Shown: piece after piece, positions 23,440 to 36,500 of the stretch
Numbering within the stretch: position 1 is the stretch's first letter
How the letters are laid out: every line of letters begins with the position of its first letter
Source of the DNA: Lepidodermella squamata
Taxonomy: Eukaryota > Animalia > Gastrotricha
Reading direction: 5' to 3'
Assembly (NCBI GenBank): GCA_047495785.1
Contig: JBLDXI010000009.1
Coordinates: forward strand, 3,472,001 to 3,536,000
Length of the DNA: 64,000 nt
The notes under the pieces: generated by a model
The model's input: the letters and a program-made list of their open reading frames with translations, nothing else
Database searches by the model: none
Told to the model about the DNA's origin: nothing
Program-made: the position numbers and the translations under genes

Positions 23440-24797
23440 CGCATCGATTTGTTAACTGGTTTACTTTTTCGAAAATAATAATTCGCTCACTTCGTACAAG
23501 AGTGTGATGTCGCTCGATCTAAAGGGAATAACAATTGATTGCTGACAGTATATCCAATATAATTCTACCTAATTGCGTTCCTGTTGCGAATCAGTTGCAG
23601 AACTGCGGAAGCTCAAATCGATAGGCTGTTAGTGTGGGAATACAATATCAAAACTGTGTTTATTTTTTATATTTAGATAGCGACTGGATCGACTGGATAA
23701 ATGGCAACTATTCTTTTTCCTGTGGCTAAAATGAGTTTTCAATGGCCCACGCGCAGCTTCATCGGGTTAAGACATAGACAAAGTCATTCTAGTATATTTA
23801 TGTGTGGGTGCGACAGTGCCTCATTACCAGATTGAATTTGTTTATGTCAAGGCACTATTCGGCCTTTGGGATAGTACTCGTATTTTTGCCGCGAATTTGG
23901 TCGCAAGTACTTTTAAGTGATAGCGCGATTAGTGCGACTTAACATTCGTCAAACATAAATGTACGTGACTGCCTGAATTATAAAGTTCGAAGTTGCTTTT
24001 TTTGCTTCAGTTGCTTCAGTTGCTTTGTTAAGCACCGAAAAATCAGGTCAATCGAACCTCTGTAACAGAAAAAACACAGGTAAACAGAAAAAAAGATCCT
24101 CTAAATTCAGTTTCTTATTTCTTATACATGCTCACGCGCTGAAAGAATCACTTGACAAAGCTACTACAAAATATTCTGCAAAAGTGAGGTCCAATCGACT
24201 AAAACTTGTTTTCAATAAATCAAATCTCACCCAGCAGTTCTATGTCAGAATTGGCAGGGAACATGGAACATTCAAAAAAGAAATAGATCATGAGCTTGAG
24301 TTAACTAGGTCTCAAGGCAGCATAAAGTCTGCTGTTTCTAGCAGGAAATAATGGCGTAAATAACACATTTCCGCAGATGGAAAGTAATATTATTTTTATC
24401 AAAATAGTACCTAGTGAAAAAATGAAATATCCCGAAAGATTTTCTTTGCATTTATAATATGTTTTCTTGATATTCAACAGTAATTTTGTCCCGTTCAGGT
24501 ATGGGTCAGGTGTACTTTTAAACGAATCAATTGTACTTTTATCTCGATTTTCATGCCTGTTATATCGGGACCATAGAGATCGCAGATTAACCTGATCAGA
24601 TTATCTGATAGGCTATAATCTGATCTCAATGACCGGGACATAGAAAAACTATCATTCTACTACAAAAAATTAGGGCGGTATGCTCTACATTCAGCCATCA
24701 TTGTGAAAACTTACTATACCTACTTCGTGTGTTACTATTTTTTTGAATTGACCCATAATGGAAATTTCAATATTTGAGCCTGCATCTCTTTTATTCG

Positions 24798-26046
24798 TCA
24801 TGAGTGATTCATCATTGTAGATATGATGCCTGCATTTATCAACAAAAGCATAAGCAAGGTTAGCAAAAACCCTCCGGCGTCTATCAACCGTCCTATGGTA
24901 ACGCGGAATTTTCGAATAACAATCACCCGGTCAAAGTGCTCTTGAAACGCCACGTAGAGCCCACTGGTGAAGGCTGCATAGAAGGTTACCAAAAAAGCAA
25001 GACCTGTATCGAATGAAACAAGGTGCATGAGCCATAAGGTCTCCGATGTTTTCGGCACGTTAGCTATCAAACTGTCCTATAAAATGGAATGTAATTGTAA
25101 GAAAACCTTCGTCGTATAAAAATAACGAACGTACCTGTGCGACTGATACAGCGAGGAGCAATGTGATTGAGAAGCCAGGTCTATTTGTGTCGCCGAACGG
25201 CATAAGAAAAACCGCTAGTTGCAGAATTGCTCGGAGGAAGCTAGGGACAACCAAGTTGTATATAAAGTAGTAAGACCGACGCGTGAGATGAAATTCATAT
25301 CGCACTATAAAGTAGCCGTAGTAGCGCATATCATAATATTTCACGCTCGACTCGTGTGAAGTAATGTCCCATCCAGAGTTTGGCTTTTGAAAGTTTCTCG
25401 GATCGATGATATCTATGATAGGTTTTGAAGGTTCGACCATCGCAGCAGTTTGCCAGATGGTGAATTCAAATCTGCAGAATGGAAATTGCGTGATTAGTTT
25501 TACTTTGATCAAAACTTACGAGCAAGTCTGATTATCGAAGGGGAAGTTGACTAGCTTCAAGCTGCACTCAGCCACGTAGAGTCCTGTCCACTGAAACTGG
25601 ATAATGCCCGAGAAAGGGACTACCATAGAGTTGTAGCTGAAGTCTGATAGCCCGAAGTCTGCCTGAGAGTTAGAATGCGAAAGCGGCGGATGCCACAGCT
25701 GATCGAGGCCAGTGTAGATTAACCAAGTCGTTGGGACATTGCCGAATTCTTTTGTCTCGTTGTAATGAACAGACCGCTCGGCGATACATTCTACTTGAAA
25801 CTTCAATTGCAGGGACGCAAGTAAGGATATCGTTTGCTCGACGTCATGTATCTCCTTGAACTTGAACAGCACCAGTGATGCTTCGACAGGCACTGGTTTT
25901 TCGGGATTCTTTTCATTTAACGAGGTTGCATACGGTGTCAACCAACAGTCATTAATGATAGCTAGACGCAAGCTGTCAGCAGGTGACGACGACACTGATT
26001 GAAAAACCGCAATGAAATAAGAAAGCCACGCAGCTCCGAAATACAT
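24798..26046 (-). CDS. Cys-loop ligand-gated ion channel subunit (copy F, 380 aa)
   Basis: Exons 26046-25520, 25471-25135, 25076-24798; Cys-loop CSLKLVNFPFDNQTC. Confidence 0.9.
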
Positions 26047-26915
26047 TCAATATATATGCTTATTGCTAGAAACAATTAGTGGGCAAATTCTTGAGCTACC
26101 GTCTGCAAAAAGTAGGTATTGTTTGCTTTCATACCTGGCGCATGTAAGATATTGCGATAGTGGAAAGGCTGAGTAAATATAATATTGATAATGGTCTTGC
26201 TGCTTATTATAAAATAGTTAGTGAAATCGGCTTAAAGTGCATCTCATTAGGTATTTTTTACTTGAAGCGCCTGAGGTTACAGTAGGATTTCACGATTTTG
26301 TGAATATGGTTCATCGCTATTAATCTTTTTAGGATGAAATTGTTTTTCGGAAGCGAACCTTTGATTTTCGGAAATATTTTTCAAAAACATATGTTTGGCT
26401 GGTTCCTTTTTGCAAGGAAGCAGTGGCCTGTGTTAACGCTTAGTTCATCAGTTGCATATAACAAATAGCAATAAATAAAGCAGCAACTCACATAGCAGTG
26501 CCTGCAGAAAAAAAATGTTATTGGGACTCGTACCAATAGTACGCTTTTTCTTGTACACTAAATGATATGGTTTTTTTTAACCAGGGGCAAAAAAGGTCAA
26601 AAAAACAGCACTGGCGGGGAAATTTTGAACCTTTAGGACGAAAAAGGTAATGCATTCGATTGGTAAAGAAATGCGCTTCAGCACACCTCGCGGCAGTCGT
26701 AATCCTATTTCGGAAAATCAAAGGAAATAATGAATACTGTGAATGCGTTCATTTGCCATCTCACCACATGGGTACCATATTTTTCGATTGTCGTTACTTT
26801 TCAACTTTTCAGGAAGGGCTAAAAACTTGTGGTTTCTCTTTAAAGGTGTAAGTATCGAAAATTCAAATCTACACTCGGTGTTATCAGCGTTCGATTAGAA
26901 AGTTTTATTCCACAC

Positions 26916-28166
26916 TCAAGAGCGATTCATCATTGACGAAATAATACCAGCGTTGATTAGTAAAAGCATAATAAGGGTCACGGAGAAACCACCAGCATCT
27001 ATTAGCCGGCCAACAGTTATCCGGTAGGACTTCACGACTATTTCGCGTTCGAAATGTTTCCGAAATGCCACGTTTATTCCACTGGTGAAGGCTGCGTAAA
27101 ACGTCACGAAAAACGCCAAACCAGTGTCGAGAGATACCAAGTGCATGAGCCACAAACTCTCTGATGTCTTTGGTACATTTGCTATCAAGCTGTCCTACAA
27201 AAACGGGATAGATTAGTATCAGAGCTTGCAAAATTGAAATCCTTACCTGAGCGACAGATACAGCCAGAAGTAAGGTGATTGAAAAACCGGGCCGATTGGT
27301 GTCTCCGAAGGGCATTAAGAAAACCGCCAATTGCAGTATGGCTCGAAGAAAGCTTGGCACGACTAGATTGTAAATGAAGTAATAGGACCGCCTCGAGAGA
27401 TGAAAATCGAATCTGATCACGTAAAAGCCAAACGTTTGCAGGTGTGAGTAACGCACGTCAGATTCGACCGAGTCAATTTCCCAACCGGAGTTCGGCTTTT
27501 GAAAGGTTTCCGGGTCCATTTTGTCAACTACAGGCTTCGAAACTTGAGCCATATTTGCGCTTTGCCACAGCGTAAACTCGAACCTATAGGAGAACATTTC
27601 TGAAATTCACCAAAAATCAATGGAAAGATTTCTTACGAGCAGGTCTGGTTATCAAACGGAAAATTGACCAGCTTCAAGCTACACTCGGCGACAAAAAGAC
27701 CCGTCCACTGAAATCGCATCAAACCAGCAAATGGAGATACAACAATGTTGTAATTGTAGCTTTCCAGGCCGAAATCAGCCTGAGCGTTTGAGTGCGATAA
27801 CGGCGGCCGCCAAATTTGATCAAGACCCGAATAAAGAACCCAATCTGCTGGAACGGGTACATCTCCGAAATCTTTAGTTTTGTTGTAATGAAGAGCTCGC
27901 TCGGTGATACAATCGACGTTGAAAGTGAAATGAAGAGATGATAGTACTGAGATGGTTTGCTCGACGTCGTTTATTTCTTTGAACTTGAACATTAGCATTA
28001 TGATGTCAACTGGAACAGGTTTTTCGGGGTGCTTTTCGTTTAGTGATGTCACCAGGGGTGTTAGCCAACAGTCGTTGATCACGGCTGACCGCAGGCCATC
28101 AGCTGGGGAGGTTGCGGCTGCAATATGAAATGCGGCAACTAATAGGATAAGCGGTAATCTGTTCAT
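26916..28166 (-). CDS. Cys-loop ligand-gated ion channel subunit (copy G, 381 aa)
   Basis: Exons 28166-27637, 27583-27247, 27194-26916; Cys-loop CSLKLVNFPFDNQTC. Confidence 0.9.
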
Positions 28167-29113
28167 CACTCTACAAATTTATATGAATGATTTAAAAGCC
28201 TATTATTAGTACGATAAATGCTTGGTATTAGGCTTTGTTTGACTAGCGACAAATTCATTGATCATCTTTCATCCACAATTTTCTGCCTACACAAACATGC
28301 AAAAAAATGGATTTGGAAAAGTTAACCTGATAGCAATCACTTTCATAGCGCTATAATATGCCAGATTCAGATTACCTTGACCGCGTTCATATCCGAATAA
28401 ATTGGGTGCTATATATAGTTTGTTTCTTTTAACGCAGCATCAGTTTACAATTCCAGCGCAAGATGCGATCCTTATTAACTACGGGCATTTTTGGATAAAT
28501 AACCACGATATATTATAGTGGGTGCTTCAAAACCGTGCATAAGGGCCGGGATCCGTGCACGGTCAGTTGTTGATAGATCATAATGCTGCAATATCCTTAT
28601 AATTCAAAAAAGATGCGGATAATTCAAATTAATTTTACTCCTTTATGAAAATCGTAAGATATTTTATTCCATTGAGTAAATTTGTTAATTTCATAATTAT
28701 ATATACACATATATGAACGAATAAATATTATTAACGAATATTTTTTACAATTAATTTACAATCAAGCCATCGCAATATAGACAGTCCATGCGTGGTCTGC
28801 TTTTTCAGATTTTTCCTAGATAATTCCTCGTATCACTTAGCTTGAAACATTTTAACTATTACATAATTTTCGGCTAGTATCTAAAGCGAGATTTTTTCCT
28901 CACTTATTTTAAGGCAGTTTTTTTCCGAACAGGCATGCAGCTAGTATATAAGGTTTTCCATGTTTCGAATTTTAAAGAAAAATGGAACGTTTGTTTCAAC
29001 ATCAAGAAGATTTAAAGCTGGTCGATGTAGCTTTTTGTTGCAATAGTGAATATGTATAACTTTGGTGCGATTTGCTGCCGTGCATCATCATCATATATGG
29101 TCATCAGTCATCA

Positions 29114-30194
29114 TCATCGGCCACCGGCGCTCGCGTCGTAGCCGCACGCCAGCATGCCGTAGAGCACTTGATCGGCCATGCAGCCGCGGATGAATTCGTC
29201 GCGAGTTATCACGCCGTCGTTATCGGCGTCCATCTTGGCGAAAATTTCCGCCGTCCGCTTGTCCGGGTCGAGCGCGCCCGATGAGGACGACTTGTCGTCG
29301 GCAATTAGCAGGCACAGCGATTTCATGATTTCCATCATTTCCGACCGCTCGATTTTACCTGAAAAAATATATAAAATATTTTATGAATAGAAAAAAATCA
29401 ATAGAATAACGATTCAACGAGCTTAACTTTTTGAAATTTTACAATATTTTAGAAGTCGGGGGTCGGGCTTTAATTTTGAAGAGGACATACAATATCCAAT
29501 TTCAAGTGGTTTTAGGAGCTAATTGATCACTAATAAAAAGGGTACATTTTCTTAAATTAACTAAATGTGCTAAAATTTAAAAATAGCGATTTCGAAATAA
29601 TTTTGAAATTTTACTAAATTTAAGACGGATCAGCAATCGTATTTTCTAGTAATTCCTTCGGACTCATTGACTCGTTAAATTATCCTATCAATAAAAATGT
29701 AAAAAACGATATAACGAACCGTTTCCATCGATGTCGTATAATCTGAAGGCAAGGTCCAATTTGTCCTCTGGCTTGCCGGCTTGAGTAATACTGAGAGCTT
29801 GAATAAATTCTTTAAAGTCGATCCGACCGCTGCGATCTTCATCGAACGTCCGGAAGACATGCTCGTAGAAAAGCCTGGCCTTGCCATCGGGGAAAAACTG
29901 CGAGTACATGTCCAGAAACTGGGCGCGAGTCAACTCGCCGGTTGGGCAATCTTTCTGTTTTCATGAAAAATCATGAATAATTGTATTAAATGAAAAATAA
30001 AACCAGGTATCTTCGCAAACCTTGAAGCCGTTGTACCATTGTTTGATCTGCTTCAGAGTGAAGCCGGTTCTGTCTGCTAGGTCTTGAAAGTCCTTGGATG
30101 AGTATTTACGTTTTTTGCCCGACTTTTTGGTGCCTCCCTCGGCACCTTCGCCACGGGATCGGCCGGAAAAAAGGCGAGAAATTTTCGCGCCCAT
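29114..30194 (-). CDS. Neuronal calcium sensor, neurocalcin/hippocalcin-like (217 aa)
   Basis: Exons 30194-30021, 29954-29720, 29358-29114; myristoylation motif MGAKIS; WYNGFKKDCPTG (inactive EF1); EF loops [36 protein letters not shown]. Confidence 0.92.
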
Positions 30195-33092
30195 TTTGAG
30201 AAAAACCGCAAATTTTTCTCGCTCTCTAGCGCACTCAGACGATTTTCCGAAATAAGACGGAAAACAAATAACGCGGCAAATTCAGGCCGATTTTTCAAGT
30301 TGCTAATCTGCTACGCTTGATTGATCTGATGTTGTAATGCAGTTTTACAGCATAGCTCTTCGCCAGACCGTTGCCTAGACGTTGTTGAATAGTGGAAAAT
30401 TATTTTTTCTAATTAAAAATACCTAAAACAGGAGAAAATTGTACAGGAAGTTACCGGTAAGACTGTGACGCAATTCAGACTATAACAAATTTTCCGGTTC
30501 GAAAGCGACCGAAAAAGCATATAGGCGTCGTCCGATATAGCTGCTGGCCACACAGGTGGCAACCAAATCTAATAACAAAAGGCGTGTGTAAGAAAAATAA
30601 CAATTTGCTTCCTTTGTGCGAGCGCGATAAACAAAAGGCATTATTGGGGCGAGGCGATCGATGCGCTCCACAAAAGCCTGAAGACACATCGGCTCCTGCC
30701 ATGCATAGGCAATAATAGGAAATACATGTAGTTCGCACCTGTCCAATATGCGAATGTGTGTCTTGCGTAAAAATTTCTATACCTATAAGCATGCGCAGGC
30801 GCGCGGGCGCATGTGAGCGGCGATTTAACATTATCATTATTATTAGCGGCGTATTAAAAATTGACACAGGGCGAGCGCGCGTTCACAACCATTTATACCA
30901 TACATGCACGTGTACAGGCAATCCTGGGCTTTTACGCAAGTGACATATGAGGACAAGCCCATAGATATATTATTATTATTATTATATTTTTCTGCCAGCG
31001 ATTTTACGCGCAGCATCACGCGGTTCGATTTGTATCTGGAATAAAAACGGCTTGCAAAATTATAGTCAATAATTTTATTACTATACGCGACAAATTCGCT
31101 TATAAAGGTGGACGTAAAAATTCGACCTTGAATTAGCTGTTTTACTAATAATGATAATATGCGCGCCGCGAATTTAATATTCAAACAAATAAACACCAGC
31201 AGCCGACGTATAGATCGGCGTCATCGATTCGCCGAGCGACGCCGGCGCCGCTTAAACATATGTGGAGGCTTGATTTTTTAAGCTTGAGGTGTTGCTTTGT
31301 TTGCTATAATAATAGTTCGAATAATAATAGCAATAAGCTACGGCAATTATAGATCCAGTGAATTTTTTTTTCATTAAATTATCGTTATAATATAAGCTCG
31401 AACTTAGCGAATAGAGGCGAATCCGGGTAAATAGTAAACAATGAATGAAATGAACCTTAATAATTATCGAGCCTTCATTGGTCTATGAAAATGCGGCGCC
31501 GATTTTCGAATAAATAGCGGCATTAATTGTGCGAGAGAGAGAAAAAATCATTATTTTCTTAAGAAAATGCGTCCCTCCGCGCGGCAAGTTTTCCTGTATA
31601 GAAGGTGTCTAAAAGCTGCGCCGTAATCCTAATATCGTGGGACATAAGATCACTAAAATTTTCCACATTCGAAATGAAGCTATATTTTTTATGCAAAATT
31701 ATATTCGGAAATATCGCATTACCCATTATTTTTTGTAAGGATGTATCGTAACAAGTTGGATACGCCGTTTTGCCAGTATTTTCATCACATGCTGATGATT
31801 ATGATGCCGGAGGTGCCAAGAGGCATGCGGCTCGCAATAAAACTCCCAAATGAGATGATAATACTTTTTTGACGACTCTACCGCAATAATAACAATAGAG
31901 TGGAGATGGAAGCCCCGCGAGTGAGAAGCGACCTATATAAAAGCTGTCATCGGCCAATTCATCTATGTATAATGAAATTTGAGAAAACGACACTTATAAC
32001 CCGCGCACGATATTGGGAAAAATAAGTTTAAGAAATCTTTCATTTTTTATACGCATCCAGCTCGTGCGCTATGATGATGTTAATTACAGGCGATGAAAAT
32101 CGGTAACATAATAAAACCTTGTAAAAAAAAACGCGGCGATTTATAGCCTCTGATCTATAAATAACTTGTGTTTTAGACTCTGTGTAGATGGGTAGATTGA
32201 TGAGTTTGGGGGCACATGCTAGCCTACTACCTCGCTACCTATATCAGCGCTTGTGATTCCCGCAGACAACCGGCTATTTTTATTTATGTGTATCGCTGTT
32301 TGAAAAATGTTATTATTATTTATTATAGGAATTGCTCGAGAGCATCATCTCATCGCTTTTGTGTATGTAGTATGTATGCGGCTGCCGTATAACGGGCAGC
32401 GATTTATCCATCCCTGTGAGACGTCAGGCGGTGATGGTATTGCGTTTTGTAATATTACTGTATCATCCACCTTTATTACTGAAAATTTCCGATCGCTGCT
32501 CGTTGTTGTCTTGGAAAATCACTGCCGGTTAGAAATAAGCTGTGCTACGGGCTAGTGTAGTGCGGCAGTTCTCGCTCATAAACAGGCTCATGGCGGGCGA
32601 TAAAGAGCGCAATGAGCGTTTTCCGCTCCTCTCCACTGCCACTCCCACCAATTGTAAGAAAGAAAGCAAGAGAGTACATGTGCAAAAACACTCGCTGAAC
32701 CGGGAAATAAAGCTATAATAGGTATCAACGATTCAGCATCTTGTATCATCATCATCATCATCATAATCAACCATGAAATAATTATGGCAATGCGTTTTAT
32801 TTCCTGCGATGCGGAAATTCGATGGGTTAAAGCTCAAATTAATTCTGACTCCGTTTTCCATCAAGTCGAATTCGAAAATCTAATAAATCTTCGGCAGATG
32901 GCTTTTACATTGATAACGATTGAGCAAAAAAGGTGGTGTGGGTTGCGATTTTTTTATCATTGCCACGCCCGTGACGAAAATGACCCCGAAATTAATTACC
33001 CACTATCGCTCCTCACTATCGTACTACCGATAAAAGGCTATATCAACATAACCAGTGATACACCACATAATTTCATTTCGAGAAAAATATTA

Positions 33093-34247
33093 ATGTTCGT
33101 TCTTGGAGGCATTCTGGTTATCCTATCAAGTTTTAGTCCGGAACTTGGCTTGGTTTCAGGGCTAGGTATGTCCCTGATATTCATTTAATTTTCAAAATGC
33201 AGGAGGATTTTCGCAAATTAGAACTTGTCAGCCTGTATCCCCATGGATTGTCAAGCTTCGAGGCATGCAAAGATTACCCAAAGCTTGAGCTAAACAATAC
33301 ATTATTGCTGTCATTGCTAAATGCGAAATTATCGGGCGATTCTTCAATGATGTATTACTCCAGCGCCTATCTAGCTCCAACCCAACATGAGGCAGACTCT
33401 GATTTCATCAATTTACTACCGCTTCAAGGCAACGAAGATTCGTCATACCTGTCACCGAAATCTTTCGAGACTGAATATTCATCGACGGATAACAGGATGG
33501 CAAGAGCTCAACTATCGCCAGTCGCCGGGATGCCTCTTGCGAAAAAGCAGATAGTTCGAGCGCTAAATTTTGTCACAGCTGTCTCAAGAATGGCAAATTC
33601 AGACGTGAATGAAAGCGATGTGAAAATAAGGCGGAAACGAGCATTGGGCGAACAGTTGTCAAAGGTTCTGGTGCTGCCGGAAGAGGTTGGCGTTCCAGAC
33701 ACCCTCAGTCACCCGTCCGGTGCTGCTTCGAATGTTGAGTACTGTCGACCTCACGGACAGGTGGCTGGATCGAGCTTGATACCCCTATGCTCGATGTGTG
33801 CCATGACTACGCAACTCAGCCCTAGCTATTTCCCACCTTGGATAAATGAGATCTATTGCACGGGTTCGACACCTAGCAAAGGCTGTGGTTGCCTTCACAT
33901 TAATGGAATGTGTAAGTAATAAATTCAGCAATCATCTTTCATCCTGAATTAAAAAATCCATAGATCACGGCAGCTGTCAGCAAAGCGTTATTTGGTTCTC
34001 AGTCCTTCAAGCCAGGCCAACAAATTGCGAACTGATCACTCTGCTGGACGCTGAAAGGAGGCAAGAGTTGGCAAACTGGGATCCAGATGAAGACCCTATC
34101 CCGCAATCTTGGCTGCCCCACACTTTCCAGGTCGATGGCTGGGACGTTGTACCGCAGCCGATTAACACAGGCTGCGAATGCATGCTTCATAAAGATTCGT
34201 TTCTAAGCGAGACATTGGAGCATGATCTCCAAAACGCCTATAATTAA
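33093..34247 (+). CDS. Secreted cystine-knot prohormone, Trunk/PTTH-like (348 aa)
   Basis: Exons 33093-33165, 33222-33911, 33964-34247; signal peptide; RRKR furin site; C..TTQLSPSYFPPWINEIYC...GSCQQ...VLQ..C...W....PINTGCEC pattern. Confidence 0.75.
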
Positions 34248-34469
34248 TGCCCGCTTTGCATCTCATCATTTTCAACGCTTTTGTCTTGTGTAACAAGAAT
34301 AATTGTTTAAAAAATATGTTTTTTTCATTTATTTATTGGTGAAGCTAATTTTTCAAACAGGTCTCGTTATTTGCTCGTTTGAGGTATCCAACTTCGAGAT
34401 TGATTTTTTTGGTCATTTTCCAAGGACAATTTTTCAGGTAAAAATTGCATTGTTTCATCAATATTATTT

Positions 34470-36500
34470 TTACACAGCTGATAAATACGGCTTTTGATCG
34501 ATGCGGGGCGATGAGCCTTGTTTAATCGTGACACTTTTGCCACTCCTCGAAGACGAACGATTGCTGCTTCGCTCTTGCTTCATTATCGAACCAGGCCTAG
34601 TCGTATAGTAGCCCGCTTGGTGATCAGTTGGCGAATCGTTTTTCGAAGACGAAGCAGAGTTTGACGACGAGTTGGACTTATCGCCAAAGCCATCAGGCGG
34701 CGGGGGCGGGGCTTCGTACATTTGTTGAAATTCGAGGTAATTTGCCGCGGCCTCGGAGAAGTTTTGATTCGGGTCAAACAATGGGACTATGCCTCGTACC
34801 GGCCCGTTTATCACACGAACCTGATTTCGCCTCAACGAGTTCGGGCTGAAGCTATTCATGTCACTTGCGGTGTTGAAATGGTGGTTCTGAGCCGATCGAA
34901 AAGCAGGAGGAGGAGGTGGTGGCGGTGCAGGAGCAGGTTGTTGGAAATCAGCAGGTTCCGCAACTTCACTAATAGACCTAAACTTCGGCTTTTTACTCGG
35001 CGACGAAGGCGCAGGCATAATTTCGACAACGATAGCCGGTTGAGGAGCAGGAGCAAGAAGAATCTGCTTCTGGCTTAACGGGCTGTTGTGGATTTGCTCG
35101 GTTTCGAGCGATCGAGTCGCGTGGATAGGCGTGTGTTTACACCTGCATTCGCACTGCTCGACGCCGCAGTGGGGCCGCCGGTACCGGTACCAGCGCGACG
35201 ACCAGCGGCGGCTCGGCGACTGCTCGCTTTCTTCATGCATGCGCTTTATGTACAGACTGCAGGCGGTGACGAAGATGACGGGAAGACTCAGGCAGATGAC
35301 GTAGGCGAACACGAGACCGGTAACGAACACGGCTGTCATTTCGTCGTTCGATGTTAACACCTCCGACAAACGCTCGGTATCGTTGATCATCCTAGAAACG
35401 CGGTAAAAAATGCAGAAAAAGTTCAAATTAATGCTCTGAAAAGAGAGATCCGATGGTAATGCAATTTCGGACTTGAGCGAGCTGCAGATCTTATAGCCCA
35501 GCTCCCAATCGAGCAAATTTTCTGAAAAGCTGTTTATCACCCTATTCGGAGCAAGATGAAAGCCAGATGAAAGATGAAAGATGAAACTTTCCACCTCAAA
35601 GTAATTAACATTCCTTGAAATAGAGATGTTCTCAGCCTAGATGTTTCGACAGTCCATCTGAGATCTCACTAGATCCAAATTTGGACCGATTAACTTTCGG
35701 GGAAGTATTAGGAATTGAACCCACCCGGGAACCTAATTAAGAAACTTGGCACCCCTATTTTGAATAAAGGTCCTGATTTTACAAGCAAATTTTCTTTAGC
35801 GGAACAGAATTTGAAACATTGGAACCCAAAATTAAACTATTAAAAATTCGCAAGGGGCATTTTCCGAATAGTTCCGTCAAATCATTACTTCGGCGGATTC
35901 CCGAGAACCAATGCAAAATATATCCGATATTTATTCAGAATTTCATGGTCATTTTTATTTGGATTTAATTTGATAATTAACATCAGACACGAGTTCCAGA
36001 AAAAATAATTTCCTGTGCTAAGCCCAAGTTGTCCGAAATTACATTATTTAATACTCGTTACATCCATAGATGTGAAAGACAATACGTGAGGTTTTTTAGG
36101 GTTAAGCGGTTGGGTGAAAAGTGCGATTAAAAACAAAGCTAAAGCGGTTTATGTTGGTTACCTAGGAAAAAAATCGTCGTTGCTAAGGAGAAAATGATTG
36201 ATGCGTATTAAATAACTCAGGTTGAAAAGTGAAGCTTGCAAAAAGTTGCGTGGCAAATTGCTAATTTCGCGCCTACCTGAACGTTTTGCTGCCCGCATCT
36301 TGGAAGTCTTGTTTAGGAAACAACGCGTCGTGATCCTCGTCCTGGCCGGCCGTTGCGATCAATTGCGTGAATTGGTGCTCCATACGCTTTGAGGTCGTCA
36401 GAAAATCACTACCACCCGGCGTTGCGGCCGGAGACTGCATTATCTCGTCCACATAGAAGACAACCATCGAGGCCGGCGACGATGTCATGACGGCGTCCAT
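34470..36500 (-). CDS. Orphan single-pass membrane protein with a Pro-rich cytoplasmic tail (~381 aa)
   Basis: Exons 36500-36277 and 35391-34470 in frame; long hydrophobic stretch AVFVTGLVFAYVICLSLPVIFVTACSLYI then KR; poly-Pro tracts; ends -LSAV. Start codon uncertain. Confidence 0.65.

Noticed and set aside
24592-24625. Small palindrome gatcagattat...ataatctgatc between copies E and F
   Set aside because: An 11-bp stem with no recurrence or other support.
14690-28169. Ectodomain-only ORFs as soluble AChBP-like proteins or split genes
   Set aside because: The stops lie in short GT-AG introns; splicing restores full four-TM subunits in all seven copies.
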